Of a stretch of 64,000 nucleotides of DNA, positions 11,442 through 27,139 are shown one piece after another. Within the stretch, counting starts at the first letter, position 1, and the number at the start of each line of letters is the position of its first letter. The stretch spans positions 301,258,001 to 301,322,000 of the forward strand of contig OZ024743.1 of the NCBI GenBank assembly GCA_964016885.1, read 5' to 3'. The position numbers and the translations under genes were made by a program. This DNA comes from Eledone cirrhosa (taxonomy: Eukaryota). The notes beneath the pieces are model-generated. The model made no database searches. It saw nothing but the letters and a program-made list of their open reading frames with translations, and was not told the DNA's origin.

Positions 11442-12653
11442 AATATATATATAACAATCATCTAGTTGTGGTACCAACCAACCAACAGGAAATTTATAAA
11501 TTCCTAAATTTATAAATGTATTATAATAAATTGGAGTGAAAACAACTGGTGCGTGTGTTGGATTTGCATTTGCTTTTTTATATATATTTAACAAACCATA
11601 ATAGCTGACACATATTGGTCTATTTCTTCCCTGAACTGGAGGTAAAACTACTAATAATGATTATAATTATTATTCTTTATTAAATGTATACCGTTTCATT
11701 AATACCTATTATATCTATATATAGTTTGTACAAATATCTTTATATAGTGTAATAACATAATCGTTGTTACATTTATAAATAATAAACACTCAAATGACTT
11801 TATTATAAGTGTTTTGTTTTCCCTGGAAGGTCGAACTTATATAATCATTTACTTAATACAGTATATGAACAATTAATAAACTATAATATTGGTATATTAT
11901 GATCAATACATATATTTAGCTGAAAGTTCTGGCCACTTTAAGTTTAATTATAAGACCTGATGACTCTTTAGGCACTCAAACTATTTAACAATAAATTCTT
12001 CAATAGTTATAACTATAAATATCTCATAAATTATATTATAGAAACTGTTTTCAATATTATAAGTAATTTTGGTAAAAATTACCTTCGTGGGGATATCGAA
12101 CATTATATGTATATTTTCTTTCTTTCGCGGCTTTCGTAAATCCTTTAAATTTGTCTTCTCAAAATTTGAATTTTAGAAATTTAAAATAATTATATTATAA
12201 TATTAATACAAATACCCATTAACTTTTGAACCCTGAAATATAAATCTTTACCTCAGGGTAAAGAATAACATAAATTAAATATTTTGAAAATTAACCTGCA
12301 GCTGTATATGAAGATGAGTATGTAGAAACTTTCTCTTTAATCATCTTTCATTTGTCTTCTCAAGCTAAATACTAAATAAGTTATAACATCAGCTACTTCT
12401 TCCTCTAAACTTTCCTCTCCCTCCTATTTCTCTAGTAGTTATTTTTTTGTTTAAATATTAAAAATTCTATAAGTGTTATATTGATGCCATGTATTTCTTA
12501 AAATATAGTACTCACACTCTCTCTCTATTGATTATATTACGTTTTCTCATGTTATCAATATTAGAGTATAAATATTGAGTTTTGTCATAAGTTAATCACT
12601 ACCTAGATTAAATCTTAACCATCTACCATATCAGGCTATGTCATGTATCATTT

Positions 12654-12720
12654 TATTTTATCTGATGAGGACGTACTGTTGAACTTAATTCAGTACCTCT
12701 GAAATATGTATAATAACATA
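12654..12720 (+). ncRNA. Minimal hammerhead ribozyme at the end of a decayed PLE 3' region
   Basis: TATTTTAT-CTGATGA-GGACGTACTG...CAGTACCTCT-GAAA-TATGTA-TA-ATAACATA. Confidence 0.82.
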
Positions 12721-12918
12721 TAATTGATCACAAGAATATCTATTTTGTTAACATTTAGAATTAATATATATATAAGAGAGTATTGAAGTTTGCTTGAAGC
12801 ATTGTGGAATAATGAGGTAAATTTCTTTAAGTCGTTTGGAAGCCTCGACTATGCAGATGGGTAGATCTCCGGGTAACAAGATCGGGTGGTGGAGAGAGAT
12901 GTAAGTGGGCGTACGTTG

Positions 12919-12990
<72 letters not shown>

Positions 12991-13289
12991 TATACAATGC
13001 TTTTTTCATCCATCGTACCAATAAGGAAACGTACTTCATAAACAAATTCCAACCTCTACTTAATGGACTAAACTTCAGACTAAACTAAAACTGGAACTAA
13101 CAATGAACCATAATCCCAAATTCCCACGTTCTCTAAATAATTATCTCCCTAACACCCTACCTAATCCCTTTTCTTACTTAAATGAATTAGCTCCACTCTT
13201 TCGCCTACCATACCACCCTGAATTACCTCTCACTGCATATTAATTCTTTAAAAAGGGAAAAGATATTGCCAAAATAACGTTGTTTGAAC

Positions 13290-13525
13290 TGCTTTTCCTC
13301 AGAAACCTTGCTTGTAAATAATATTATTCTTTCTTTCCCATTACCTTATCATGTTTCACCTCACCTTATGTTTACGTCAAAAACCTTCTTTGTAAATAAT
13401 ATTATTCTTTCTTTCCAATTACCTTATCATGTTCACCTTACCTTATGTTTATGTCAAACACCTTGTTTGTAAATAATATTATTCTTTCTTTTCCATTTCC
13501 TTAACATCTTCAACATCACCTTATT
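13290..13525. repeat. ~78 bp tandem repeat x3
   Basis: ttgtaaataatattattctttcttt recurs at ~13312, ~13391 and ~13467. Confidence 0.85.
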
Positions 13526-13900
13526 TTCTCTCCTACATTTTATAGCAATACATTCCCTTTTTTCTCGCCCACTCACATAATTTGATAATGCATAAAATGC
13601 TGAAACTGGTAATTCAAAATTATTCAATAAATAAATTAATAAATAAATCAATGCTATTGGCAATTAATAAATAAATTAATTGATACCTTGATACTTCACA
13701 CAAAGTAAAATAACCCAGTTAAAAAAGAAATGGGTAACGGAAAAACACATTTTTCTTCCTAATAATCCTCTTTTTCTCCCTATATATATATATATATATT
13801 GCTGGACCGGCAATCGCTCTGTATAATCAACTCCTGATTATTCCTTGAATTCTTTGAGAATCCAGCTTCTATAATTTCTGGCGAAAGCATGGGAGTACGT

Positions 13901-13942
13901 GGCTCTGATAAACGCCAACCAGCGTGAAACAGACTGTCAGCT
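13901..13942 (+). ncRNA. Hammerhead-like motif with G8A core (CTGATAA)
   Basis: GGCT-CTGATAA-ACGC-CAACCA-GCGT-GAAA-CAGACTG-TC-AGCT. All stems intact. Confidence 0.6.
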
Positions 13943-14068
13943 TCTCTCCCTTCTTTCGCCGAAAAGAGGTGAGTGAAATAGTCACTACTTTAAAATCGAT
14001 AGCGTATGGTCTTCTAAATGTTATTAATTAAACATATGGTGTATTGCCAAATATACTATAAAGACATT

Positions 14069-14105
<37 letters not shown>

Positions 14106-14109
14106 AGTT

Positions 14110-16187
14110 GTTGGCCGAATTTGCTTGCAAACCGCCAGAGATTCGATTTTACTAAATTCTCCAATTATATATATATATAGACATTCAGGTCTTCCACTAA
14201 TACTTTCGTCCTTTCTGATAAAAGTAATAACATTTACGACGTCTATAATTCTACATACAGCGACATGGCACATAACGCTATAACTTCTATGTATAACAAT
14301 GCAGACCGCAAGGCCTACCACTACATTAATACGGAAGCCAAACACCTAGCTTCCACGCTTGTGGTAAATAAGGACCTCAATACTTAGCTAAACGTGAGAC
14401 CTTTCTCACCCTTAATGATCAGAAGGTAGACTTTGATTCTAACCCTAGTTGTAGCCTACTGAATACAGCACGTACGGAAAAAGGTGCTGGTCAGTAAGGC
14501 TATACGTATGAATATAGTTAACACTATTTTGGAGTTGAAAGAATTTAACTACCTAATGACAGAGTTACTGTTCTTTAACCTGTCCCAGTGGGAGAACAGT
14601 AACTCTGTCATTAAGTGTTTAAACTCTTTCACCTCTAAAAAGCGAAATTCACTCAGTTCGACATTATGGATTTTTAGCCGGTGATCTCGTAGAACCTTTT
14701 TTACAAAGCGTTGAATTTTGTGATCACATACACCGCCGTCCATGATTTAGTTAGGCAGATAATTGCACATTGTCGGAAAACCCTACTATTCGACAATGGA
14801 GTAGCTCGAACAAAGACGTCAACTACTTTATAACTATTCGGCATATCAATGGGTTCATACGATATTGCTGATATATGCGACATGTTTAGCTTATTTATTT
14901 TAGATACGTTGTGAAACAGATTCCCGGATTTCCCGATGGGATTACACCGCGACGATGGTCGGGCCCTCTTGAGGCACGAAAGTGGTCACGACCTGTGCCG
15001 TTTTAAAAAAGATTAAATTGCAACGTTTAATAAGATAGGACTTAGGATCATAGTAGCTATTAAACACTAATAGAATAGATTACTTAGACATAAATTTGGA
15101 TCTACGCACGCGTGCCGTTAGACTCTTCCAATAAGTAGAAGAAAAACTAAAGTACAAACACATGGACTCATTCCACTCACCTACAGTTTTCTGAAACTTC
15201 GTGAAAAACGTTGGCACTAGAATTTCTAACCTCTCTTCTAATAAAACAATATTTGAGAGAATGGCACCCTATTACAACCCAACGTTAGCTAACAGCGGCT
15301 TCTCACAACCAATTGCTTACTCCCCTCCTAACACCAACAACAATAGAAAAAGAAATCGTGCTGATAGAAAAATAATTTGGTACGGCCCTTCTCACTCAAC
15401 GTTAAAATTAATGTAGGTAAAATATGTTTAGCTATCTTAGATAGGCACTTCCGCATAGATCATAATTACAGCTCCATCTTTAACAGACATAGTGTGAAAC
15501 TAGGATACTCCTGTTATAAGTATATGAAGGCCCACATCACCAACAACACTAAAAGCACAACCAAACAGGATACTCTGCCGAAGGCCTGACAATTGTCCCC
15601 GTCAACAACAATGCAACACACTCATTGTAATTTACGAAGCTATAGTCAGTTTCAAATGACTAAATCAACAACAAGAGGTCAAATCCTATGAGGGGAATGC
15701 GGAAGGCCGGTTTAAAGAACACTCCCTGAATCATCTCTCGACATTCAAACACCGAATCAATCTACCGTCCACAAGGGTTGCAAGCCACATAAGGTCCCCC
15801 AAGGACGCATGTGTGGATTACCCCATTCAATAGAAATGTATTACTAAGTCTATGTAATACGGAAGTGGAAATCCGTCTTTTAATTTGTGCACTGAAGAAA
15901 GAATCAATACCCTGAGGAGTTTGCGTAATAGCGCTTGTCTTGAAACAAGAGATACATTTTTTGGCGTTGTCCACACGTTTGGAAATACTTATTACGTAAT
16001 TTCGAATTCCAGAGTAGCTCACCGACGTAGACACTAGACAGAATAACATGAATTATCTATTATATAATGAGTTTTCAAAGGTGATTTCTTCTGCACATGT
16101 GTATTCGTATCTCATTTAAACAGAGCTGATGATCCGAGTAAAGTGAAACAAAAGTTCTCGCGATGGTGAATTAACAGTTGTTGAACT

Positions 16188-16190
<3 letters not shown>
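14110..16190 (+). mobile_element. Decayed Penelope-like element (RT + GIY-YIG remnants, terminal HHR remnant 16123-16159)
   Basis: Fragments LNDQKVDFDSNPSCSLLN, QWENSNSVI, FTQFDI, ISMGSYD, GLHRDDG, KIIWYGP, IFNRHSVKLGYSC, NLCTEE, RCPH. GAG-CTGATGA...GAAA-CAAAAG-TT-CTC. Confidence 0.88.
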
Positions 16191-16252
<62 letters not shown>

Positions 16253-16356
16253 GCTCTCTCTCTAAATATATATCTCTCTCTCTCTCTATTTCTTTCTCTC
16301 TCTCTCTCTCTATACATATATACATGTAAATCTCTCTTTCTCTCTCTCTTTCTCTG

Positions 16357-16427
<71 letters not shown>

Positions 16428-16439
16428 ATATATATATAT

Positions 16440-16639
16440 AACAAAGGAATAGTGGCAAGGAACCGGATGGACCATAACGCACAAGAGTACTCAATACTTA
16501 GGGTAGTAGAGTTGAAAATATGAAAAAGTATGACCCCGACGGCAGTTCTCCAGCAGTTTCGACGGCTATTTCTGGACTAACACAGTCCAGAAATAACCGT
16601 CGAAACGGCTTGAGCTCTGCCGTACGGGTCATACTTTTT

Positions 16640-16642
<3 letters not shown>
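16440..16642. mobile_element. Miniature family A element
   Basis: Tailed arm plus inverted short arm around gactaacacagtc. (TA)n flanks. Confidence 0.88.
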
Positions 16643-16714
<72 letters not shown>

Positions 16715-16905
16715 TCTTTCGACAAATTCCTTCAAGAAAACCAGAATAAACCTCCTACACGCGGATACATATCCGTAAACAATAAATATCTACTTGAGTG
16801 GGCCATGGTGTCCAAATCCCGTTTTGAAAGGCTTCACCATATGGTGCTATAAAGTTAGATATGGACTGGGCCAATACTGGCCGAATGCTACAAATATATC
16901 ATCAA

Positions 16906-17038
<133 letters not shown>

Positions 17039-17149
17039 AGAGTTATGTATATATGTATATCTACAGTAAGACAGAACAGCAAATCGTGCTAAAATTAATC
17101 CTGATTTGGGGTTCTGTCTTACTGACCCTAAGATATTTAACAATAATAT

Positions 17150-17800
17150 AGGGTGCTTCTAAGGAATACATTTTGTCAGGGCAGCCTCCCACTATAATAG
17201 TCTCCTCCGAAATGCTATTCTATTATAAAACTCACTCCTCAAGTACTAATAGGAGACAAGAAACCCTAATAATTATATGTCAAAGCTGATGTCGGATAGA
17301 ATGTTTTAACCCTCATAGATACACAATTCACATTACGACACAAATGATACCAGATTTCAAACAATCATACGGTAAAAATTGGATACTTTTCTGCCAGGAA
17401 AATGAAACAAAGCCTCTTTCATTAACAACAAAACCCCCAAATATATGGATTTTGCTTTAATATACCCGAGTCATATTCTCTGGAGCAACGATATCCAGTT
17501 GAATAAAACCAGTCTTACTCTTCTGATGTAAATGCATAAACCATTCTACTATTTTATTAGCACAAGACCGCAACTGCAATTTTTATGTTTACCTCAGCGT
17601 TGATAGAATTTTACCCATAATTTAGAAGGCGCAATGTGTCTAGCCGGGAGGTCAGACTCAAAGTTTGATTTATGACCTTTAATGGTAATCCTAGGATTAC
17701 TATTACAGGACATCAATGAGAAACTATATCTAACAAATAGCTTGCATACCCTTTGTGTTCCTACTGTGTATTTTACATCATTTGTCAACGGTGCTTTGAT
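17150..17800 (-). mobile_element. Possible decayed DNA-transposon (Sola-like) transposase remnant
   Basis: KYTV..QRVCKLF..ESDLPARH, plus a downstream SGGCP/QN-like motif resembling SDxCxGQN. Weak. Confidence 0.25.
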
Positions 17801-18073
17801 AAAGCATCACTAATGCTCAGCCCGGGATGAATCAATGAATAGAACAGCGTGAGTATGTTTTTTCTTTAGGTTACATTTGTTCAACCAATAAAGGAGTCAT
17901 AACACTTGCATAAACGTTATCATCGAGATATATTTCACAATGATGCAGAAATGAGGTAAGTTCTAACAAGGTGTCTTAAAATTCATTAGTACAATTATAC
18001 ACTGGAGTACACATACGTACTTGAATACTTCGTTATTTGATCAATAAGTTGCTTAACTAACAAGTATAATATC

Positions 18074-18121
<48 letters not shown>

Positions 18122-18337
18122 TATATGTGCTTGTGTGTACGTATGTCTGAATATAAGATTTTATAAGATATTTGCAGCCTGTAAAACATATACCAGTATT
18201 TATATCACATCAATTACATTTTGATATATGACATACATTTGTAATACATTTTAGTAATTCAGGTGCTTCTTACCATGGGACCATTACATTAATTTCTTAA
18301 TCACTAACACAAGTAATTAATTAGCATTAATTTTATC

Positions 18338-18432
18338 AAGGTTATCTTTGCCTTTCATCCTTACGGGGTCGATAAAATAAAGTACCAGTAATGCACTGGG
18401 ATAATTACCGGCCTTGTGCCAAAAAGTAGAAT
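18338..18432 (+). mobile_element. SINE 3' fragment
   Basis: ctttgcctttcatccttacggggtcgataaaataaagtaccagt...ggccttgtgcc. Confidence 0.85.
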
Positions 18433-19774
18433 CAATTAATTTCATCATAGCTCATTATATATTTAATTATATACGATACACACCCACTGCTTTGCAGCTT
18501 AGTATTACTATTAAATATTCAATGTTTAACAATTTTCTCATTAGCAGGCGTATGTGTATTTCTAAATTAAATTTTTTCTAATTGGATTTTTTTTTCAATG
18601 ACTGTAATATATTATGATTGTTTAGGCTAATGCCTCCTGGAATTATATTGATTTTTACAAAAATTGCTACAGAGTACACATAAATGTTGGATTCCACCAA
18701 TGGGCGAGAACTCGATTATTTCTGGCAGATTTATATGTATCATTCCGACAGTTCATCTATCGATTAGTTTTAAGGAATCTAAGGAGAATGGGCCTGATTA
18801 ACTAGGTCTCACATTTCCAATACCGTCGTGGCCGACTTTGACTTACATATTTTCGGTATGCACCAATTTTTCTTTCCAGAGCGCACGTTCTGTTTGTTCC
18901 CCAGTATCAAACAAGCTTAAGAGGTTAAATGTGTTTCCAGACAAATGCTTGGGAAATTAAATCCCAAAGCGAAATCATGTTACATACGACTATGCCGTAT
19001 TATTCTGCAAGTAACAACTAAATTGGTAGCGGTAGAAATATTAGTAGTATGTACATATATTTACTATTGTGTATATATTGTAGTAAAACCATGTCAGTGT
19101 AAAAAGCCTTAATATATTTTACTTTTTCTCCTTACTCAATAAATGGACTGCATTTCTCATTTAAACAATCTGAATTCTATAAAATATTTTGAACAACCGA
19201 AAACCCTGGAATCAAACAATTTCGGCAGATATTTCCTCGGTACTTAATATGCAATAATTACCAATTATTTTTACTTTGAACACACGAGATGGCGTGATAT
19301 AGATACTAAATCTTTAACCGATGTGCTCGGTTCGATTGCCATCATAACAAGATATTAGAAAGAAAAAAAAGAAACAAACGGAAAAACAAAGAAATTAAAA
19401 AAAATAGTTTTCTGTAAGAAAATGCCTCATACGTACGTCTATTTTATTGAAATGTTTTATTCATATGACCATTCCCAAAGTCTATTTTAAAAAGCACGTT
19501 ACATTTCATTTAGATATTTATCTAATTATTTAGCTCTATTCATATTTTTCTATATATATTTCTACTCATCCACAAACTATTTCTTAACATACTCAGATGG
19601 ATATTATATTATTAGGACAATGGGATTCATGAGTTAATATCTGTATACAACAATTACAACGGTACGCGATGGGGCCCACATACGGCTCAGTTTACAACTG
19701 GAATACATCCAAATATAACGTATATTATATTACCTAAAGTAATGCAGAATCAATCTATCCATACACAGTTTTAT

Positions 19775-19824
<50 letters not shown>

Positions 19825-20017
19825 GTGTGTGTGTATATATATAATATATTATGTTCCACAACAGTACTGATCCTGTCCTTGTGTAGAATAAATGAAGAAA
19901 TGAGACATCGCAATGACTACGAGGTATTGTTTGACATGCTACCGCTTTATGGCATTCTAGAGAAGCTAGTTATATGAATAACCACATCATCTTGAGCCGT
20001 GAATTTAGATGAAGAAA

Positions 20018-20073
20018 CAAGGGAGACTCTAGGTACGTTTCTGTTCATAATTGTTCTGGACTATATCCTACGT
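20018..20073 (+). pseudogene. Tiny LINE RT fragment (QGDTL-like motif)
   Basis: ETLGTFLFIIVLDYILR resembles the non-LTR RT motif QGDxLxPxLFIIVLDYILR. Confidence 0.45.
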
Positions 20074-21889
20074 TTTCTCTCACGCTTTCAGTGCGTCTCT
20101 TCCTCCGCACATAATTTTCTTACTATCTTTTGCAATCAAATCCTTATATTTACTATGCATCTTAAAACATTTCTTCTTTATAACTTTTCTTGATAGTTTG
20201 TCTACTCACCACTTTTTAACAAGAAATGTGTATATAAGCCATTTGATAATTTTTTTTCTTCTACCACTTTACTTCTATAAGTTCCTTTCTATTCATCTTT
20301 ATTTTGTCGAAGCTTCCCTTCTTTGTCTATTTCTATATATATACATTTATAATTCATCACTAATTTGGTTCTCACAATCCCTTATAACTTTATATAACGT
20401 GTTCAAACATATTACTCTATTTCTCTTCCGATCATTTTATATGCCAATTGTTATTTCGTTTCCTTTTGTTATACGTTCATCTTTCTCTGTTTCTCCTGAC
20501 GCATATCCACACTTTAAACACATTTAGATGTTTGCGTTTGCACACACACACACCAACACATCTTCAGTCAGTCCATCATTTTGTCACTGTCTCTGTTTTA
20601 CTTTCTCTCAATGACCATCAGTATCAGAAAACCAATATCAGTGAGCGACCATCACCATCTCTGTGTGATTATCCCTCAATACCTAGTCAGGCTGAAATTT
20701 ATCTGACTTTCACTAACAGACAACAACTGACAACAGACACACGTCATTCGTTTGCTGTTTCTTTCGATCAACATACAATAATCTGCTTCGTATTGATTAT
20801 AGATAAAAGGAAATTTTAAGAGTAAATTGTTAACCGATATTTTTTATTTTTTTCACTTCATTCTATACTTGCTAAAGGCAACTGACTCAGTAAACAACTA
20901 ACCCGTGTTTAGTTTCTAATTGAATACCATGTATATTCAACAGGTGTCTCTTGACAACAATTTTATTTTGCTCTTTTTTCATACATTCCGTAATATTGGA
21001 ACTTTCGAATGCTCGAGTGACAAGAACGGTGGTGATAATCTAGCTTTACATTTCTATGTTCAAATATCTAATCTTATTAGGTTTGATATAACTGATAGAT
21101 TAACATATAATTTCGTCGATTCAATCAATTATATATTACGATATGAGTAACAACCTCTGGTGGATGCTAACAACATATGTGTTCATATGAAGATATCAAA
21201 TCCTGCCGATGTTAAATTTATAATCCAGTATTTCTGGGCCATTAAAATACAGTCCATCACATATAGCTTAACTCATTAGTTATAAAAGAGATGCTAGCGC
21301 ACATAACTCTCACACAATATATTTATTATCCTACTTTCACTTCAAATATAGCTATAGAATACATTATATTTAGGTCAATTATAAATATACTTATCTTAAG
21401 AATAAAAACGAAGGCAATATTTGAAAGCATTTAAATACAAATGGTCAATACAATATAATAGACACAGTTTATTGTTATACTGTCACCAACAGCACAATGT
21501 ATACAATGCTATATTGATCTATCACATAAATAAGATGTAATCACATGTATATTGAATACAGTGTAAAACATTATTTGTTGTTACACCATCAATCACATGA
21601 ATGTGAATGGCAAACTGGAACTCGGCGTTTCCTGAATTCTCTTTTTAAAGGAAATTCAAAGTTAAACCTTCCACGTTTCCAGGCCTATATACAGTTTTAT
21701 TTTGGTAACGTACAAATTAACAACTCATATCAATAACGAATCTTTAATCTATCCTTCAATCTTTTCCCAGTATTATATTGCAACAGATATACCTTACTTA
21801 TATTTTGAAATCATAACATCTTCAATTTAGCTGATACTATATACATATTCGTTATTAAAAGTATACTGTCACGTGTATTCATAACAAAT

Positions 21890-22005
21890 AGGCACAAGGC
21901 AAGCAATTACCCATACATTACTGGTACTTTACTTTATCGACCCCGTAATGATGAAAGGCAAAGTTAAATTTGGTTGGATTTGAACTCAGACTGTAAAGGG
22001 ACAAC
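21890..22005 (-). mobile_element. SINE fragment
   Basis: Reverse complement of the same SINE core and B-box (gagttcaaatcc). Confidence 0.85.
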
Positions 22006-22542
22006 AACTAATATATTCAGACTTTTTGCTTAGAGCGAACATATAGCTTCGTTTTCAATCATTATCTTTCATGTTAATAATAAATCGACCTATCTTTTGG
22101 TAATCAAATATAGCACAAGAGGTTGGTTTCAGCGTCGAGATTCCTTCGTTTTAGGGGTGGAAGAATTATCATATTTTCATACAAACTTTTCAATCCGCTC
22201 TATGATAAGTATTTGCAACTAGACGAAAACGTCAAATAAGATGATACATTGATAAATTGGGTTTCTGTCACAAAGAGAACAAATTACTACCTGTTAAACG
22301 ATATATATATATACTTATATTTTCGTATAATGACACATATTGAAAATTCTATAGTGATTGAGTTCACTCCTGTACAAAAGCATAACTAGTATTTCCGATT
22401 TTAAACAATGGAAACATTGCAGTAGATAACGGTAAACATTCAGCGCATGACGATATGAACTAATATAAATAGTCTTTCTCGCCATATACCCGGACATGTT
22501 ATACTGTGAATCAAATGTATTAGTATTATATTATCACATATA

Positions 22543-22688
22543 GGGCGGTGAATTGGCAGTATCGGTAGAGGGTCGACCGCCATGCTTTCCAGCATAGTTA
22601 CGTCCCCTTACGGTCTGAGTTCAAATCCCGTCGAGGTTAAATTTGCCTTTCATCCTTACGGGGTCGATAAAATAAAGTACCAGTACTG
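22543..22688 (+). mobile_element. tRNA-derived SINE (octopod-type)
   Basis: A-box-like tggcagtatcgg, B-box gttcaaatc, conserved core gcctttcatccttacggggtcgataaaataaagtaccag. Confidence 0.88.
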
Positions 22689-22784
22689 TACTGTATGTGT
22701 GTGTGTGTGTGCGTGTGTGTGTTTGTGTGTGTGTGTGTATGTGTATCTGTGTGTGTCTGTGTCTGTATGTATAATACCAGAGTG

Positions 22785-23750
<966 letters not shown>

Positions 23751-23949
23751 ACAGTAAAAAAGAAAAAAAATAGCAGAAAATGCTAAAGTGATTTTCTCAT
23801 AGAATAACAGTAAAACATTTATTTACAAAAACGGAATTTCCCTAATGTTCGTACCGGTTGTTGACTATGAGCTTCGTCATGCGAGGGAAGTGTATAATGA
23901 AATGAATACACCAAAGCATGTTAATGAGAATATGGAAAAAAGTAACATG

Positions 23950-24053
<104 letters not shown>

Positions 24054-24149
24054 GTATATATATATATAGAGAGAGAGAGAGAAGAACAGTTCTCAATTTT
24101 GTTTATCGTTTTCTGTCTTTCTCTCCTGGTGTTGGCCATAACTAATAGT

Positions 24150-24745
24150 TGAAGTAGCTACCAGGAAATCACTCCCTACCGAAAAGTAAAGTACTAGATA
24201 AATACGGAAACTCCTTCTACCTCCATATAGAAAATAACTTCTAAATGGACTTAACACAAACATTCATTTTACAATGGAATATAGCCATCAGCAACTTCCT
24301 ATCCTCGACATCCTCATAAGGAAATCTACTAACAAATTAGAAACAGACATAAGCTCACAGACTCCAAGCAATATCTTCCAGTAAACTCATGTCACCCGAG
24401 AAACACTAAATTGAATATCCCTTACAACCTAGCCAAAAGGATATGTACAATAAACTTGAAGAACTAGCAGACCTAAAGGACACACGGATTAACAGGAATT
24501 CCCCATCATCCCTAAACAAAAATGGATTCAAGCGTACCCTAAATTTCAGTATCCAGGATCTTAGACGCCCCAAACTAAAAAATTAATCGAAACCGAAAAC
24601 TCTAGTATACATCTCCACACACAACCCCCTTAACAAGATGGCCTTCGACACCATCTTCCAGAATATCCCTTTTCTAAAAAGAGGCCACATAATGAACCAT
24701 CTCCTTCAAACGTATAACATCATAAATAGGAAAAGAAAACCCAAA
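24150..24745 (+). pseudogene. PLE (Neptune/Poseidon-like) RT thumb remnant
   Basis: LNTNIHFTMEYSHQQLPILDILI...TDSKQYLPVNSCHPRNTKLNIPYNLAKRICTI. Confidence 0.82.
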
Positions 24746-26735
24746 CCCATGACGGTTCGAATACATAGTATCATTTTTCCTATAGCATTTATATTACAAT
24801 TGGTTTGTGTATGGTTAACAGTTATGTTCTTTGATATATCTATTGAGTTGAATTCATTCCTCTACTGTTCTATAATTTATTTTGTATCTCTTAGCATATA
24901 TGGTTTTGAATAGTCTTTGTGTTACTCTATGGAAAACATATTTAGAATGTCTAGATACAAAGCAAAATGTCAGTTTACTTTATAATCTATTGCAAAAAGC
25001 AAAGAAGACAGAGTCAGAAAAATGAACTAACTAAAATGGAGAGAGAGTAGCATTCTTGAGTAATGCTCAAATGCTTGTAAGATGGACTTTCGTGAATTTA
25101 GCGATGCAAACGCGGGCATACGTGTGTGAGTATGTATGTGTGTGTACGTGCATGTGTTTGTGTATTTCTGTAAAATATAACCACCACATGGCATTTTATT
25201 AGATCATACAGTATACCAGCAGCACACTGCACGTAAAGCATACACATTTACATGTATACTATATAGGATAATATATAAAGAACAAAAATATTTCATGCGA
25301 TTACGTTTAACTACGTTGAATAAATTCCCTACCTGTTAAAGGAATAGGTTTAAATTAATGTGGTCTATCAACTAACAACATTGCAAGAGACGGAGACTGA
25401 AAACAATAATGACTGAAAGACTTATTGATTGGAACATTAACTGATTCTGAAAATATTCATTTAGAGAAAATTTAGACCTTGTAAAATATGTCTCATCATA
25501 GAACTGATCAAATATACTATACACGTAACGGTAACAAAAAAGAATATAAAACTGGAACAGAGGATTGCCCGCAGCGTGCAGGTATTATGCGGGGGTTTTA
25601 AAATAATAATATTTGATGTAGACTACTGTCTTCTTATTTTTATTATCGTGTTAATCAACAAAGAATATTACTACATCTTGAAGAGAAATGCATTCCGATA
25701 TCAAGCGGTAACACGTGTTTCATTAAGAATTGTTATATGTAAGAAAAACGTCATTGCATTGATAGTTCTTTGTCAATGTGAAAGCAGATGAAACAGGAAT
25801 ACATCTGATAGAACAATGATTATAACTTGAAGATGCTTTTACACATCTGATATTAGTCGGCTACTAAATATACGTGAAATATATTGAAAATATGGAAATA
25901 TAAAAAAAAGAAATATATTAAAAGCATATTTATAATAGGATAATAAGGGTAAAATAAATTCAAAGCAAAATTAAGAGTTATATATTGATTGCACATTCTT
26001 ATTGAATTGGTATAACACCCCAACATTATGGAAGTAAGGTTGAAATTAGCTTTTGACAAATATCTCATGTGATATAAGAACATGGTTAGTTTATTTATAT
26101 TTAGGTAATTATCGTTTGCTTTCATATATATATCCTTCTGCGATAGATCTCACTGTATAGTATCGTGGGAAAATAAAGACGCACATTCACTCAGGGGCAT
26201 ATAAATACATACTCATTAGTATACGCATACATGCAGAGATACACATTCAAAAGCGACCCACAACAACTGCATATACCAGGTACGTAGCACTGGAGAGATA
26301 GCTATCTCGTCAGCTACAGTCATTGTACGCGGACCTCCAACTAGAACTAAATTCAATCTATCTTGGTTTGAGCTCAGCTTAACCTGAATCGAGTTCTACT
26401 TCTTCAGCGGAGTTGCCATTTTCAGCCTGAAGAATCTGTAGGTTGAAGCTTAAGAAAATAATATATCAATTTTATTGTAGCTCAATCATACAACCTGTCA
26501 TGTCACTTTCGTGTCATAATAACGGATTTAACCACAGGTGTTCTTAAAACGTCAATTCGCCAGAATTTTTATTTCTTATTTGAATTAAGCTTTGCACGCA
26601 TCTGCCAGAACTGGTCGAATTTAGGATCATGAAGACGTTTGGTAATGCAAAAATTAGTCAAATTGTCAATATTAAACGTATATTTATGCACGCACACAAT
26701 TACGAATGGCCCCACCTATATATATATATATATAA

Positions 26736-26783
<48 letters not shown>

Positions 26784-27057
26784 ATATATAATATATATAT
26801 ATATAAATGAAAAGTATAGAAATTGTTGTAGCGAGAAGCTAACAGTATTCCATAACATATATGTGACTATAGCGTCAAAATGGGGAAATAGTTAACATAA
26901 GATATGGGAAAAATAATTCAGACTCAATTCAAAAGGAATCAGGATATAGATTTATTCAACAGAATTTAGAGAAATCCATGGAAAAATCAATACAGCCTTA
27001 ACTCATGATAAAACAAAGTCTAAAGTACTCAACCTTCAATTTGGGACAACTTCAAAT

Positions 27058-27139
27058 GCTCTGTATAGACTTGAAAAGACCATTTCACGAAAACTTTCAA
27101 CGGAGATGGTCACGGTTGGATTACGTTCATCAGCAGAGC
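27058..27139 (-). ncRNA. Type I hammerhead ribozyme
   Basis: GCTCTG-CTGATGA-ACGTAA...TTTCGT-GAAA-TGGTCTTTTCAAGTCTA-TA-CAGAGC. Confidence 0.85.

Noticed and set aside
16520-16642. Family A palindromic repeats as CRISPR-like repeats or DNA-transposon TIRs
   Set aside because: They are dispersed, have no spacers or cas genes, and map to the pLTR of a coding PLE.
17870-17955. Segment with good splice acceptor and donor (tttctttag ... gag/gtaagt)
   Set aside because: Stop codons in all three frames and no other supporting exons.
22543-22640. SINE heads as tRNA genes
   Set aside because: No cloverleaf, and they continue into the SINE core and tail.
26321-26460. CTGAAGA motifs on both strands with an adjacent hairpin
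   Set aside because: No properly placed GAAA or stem I partner.
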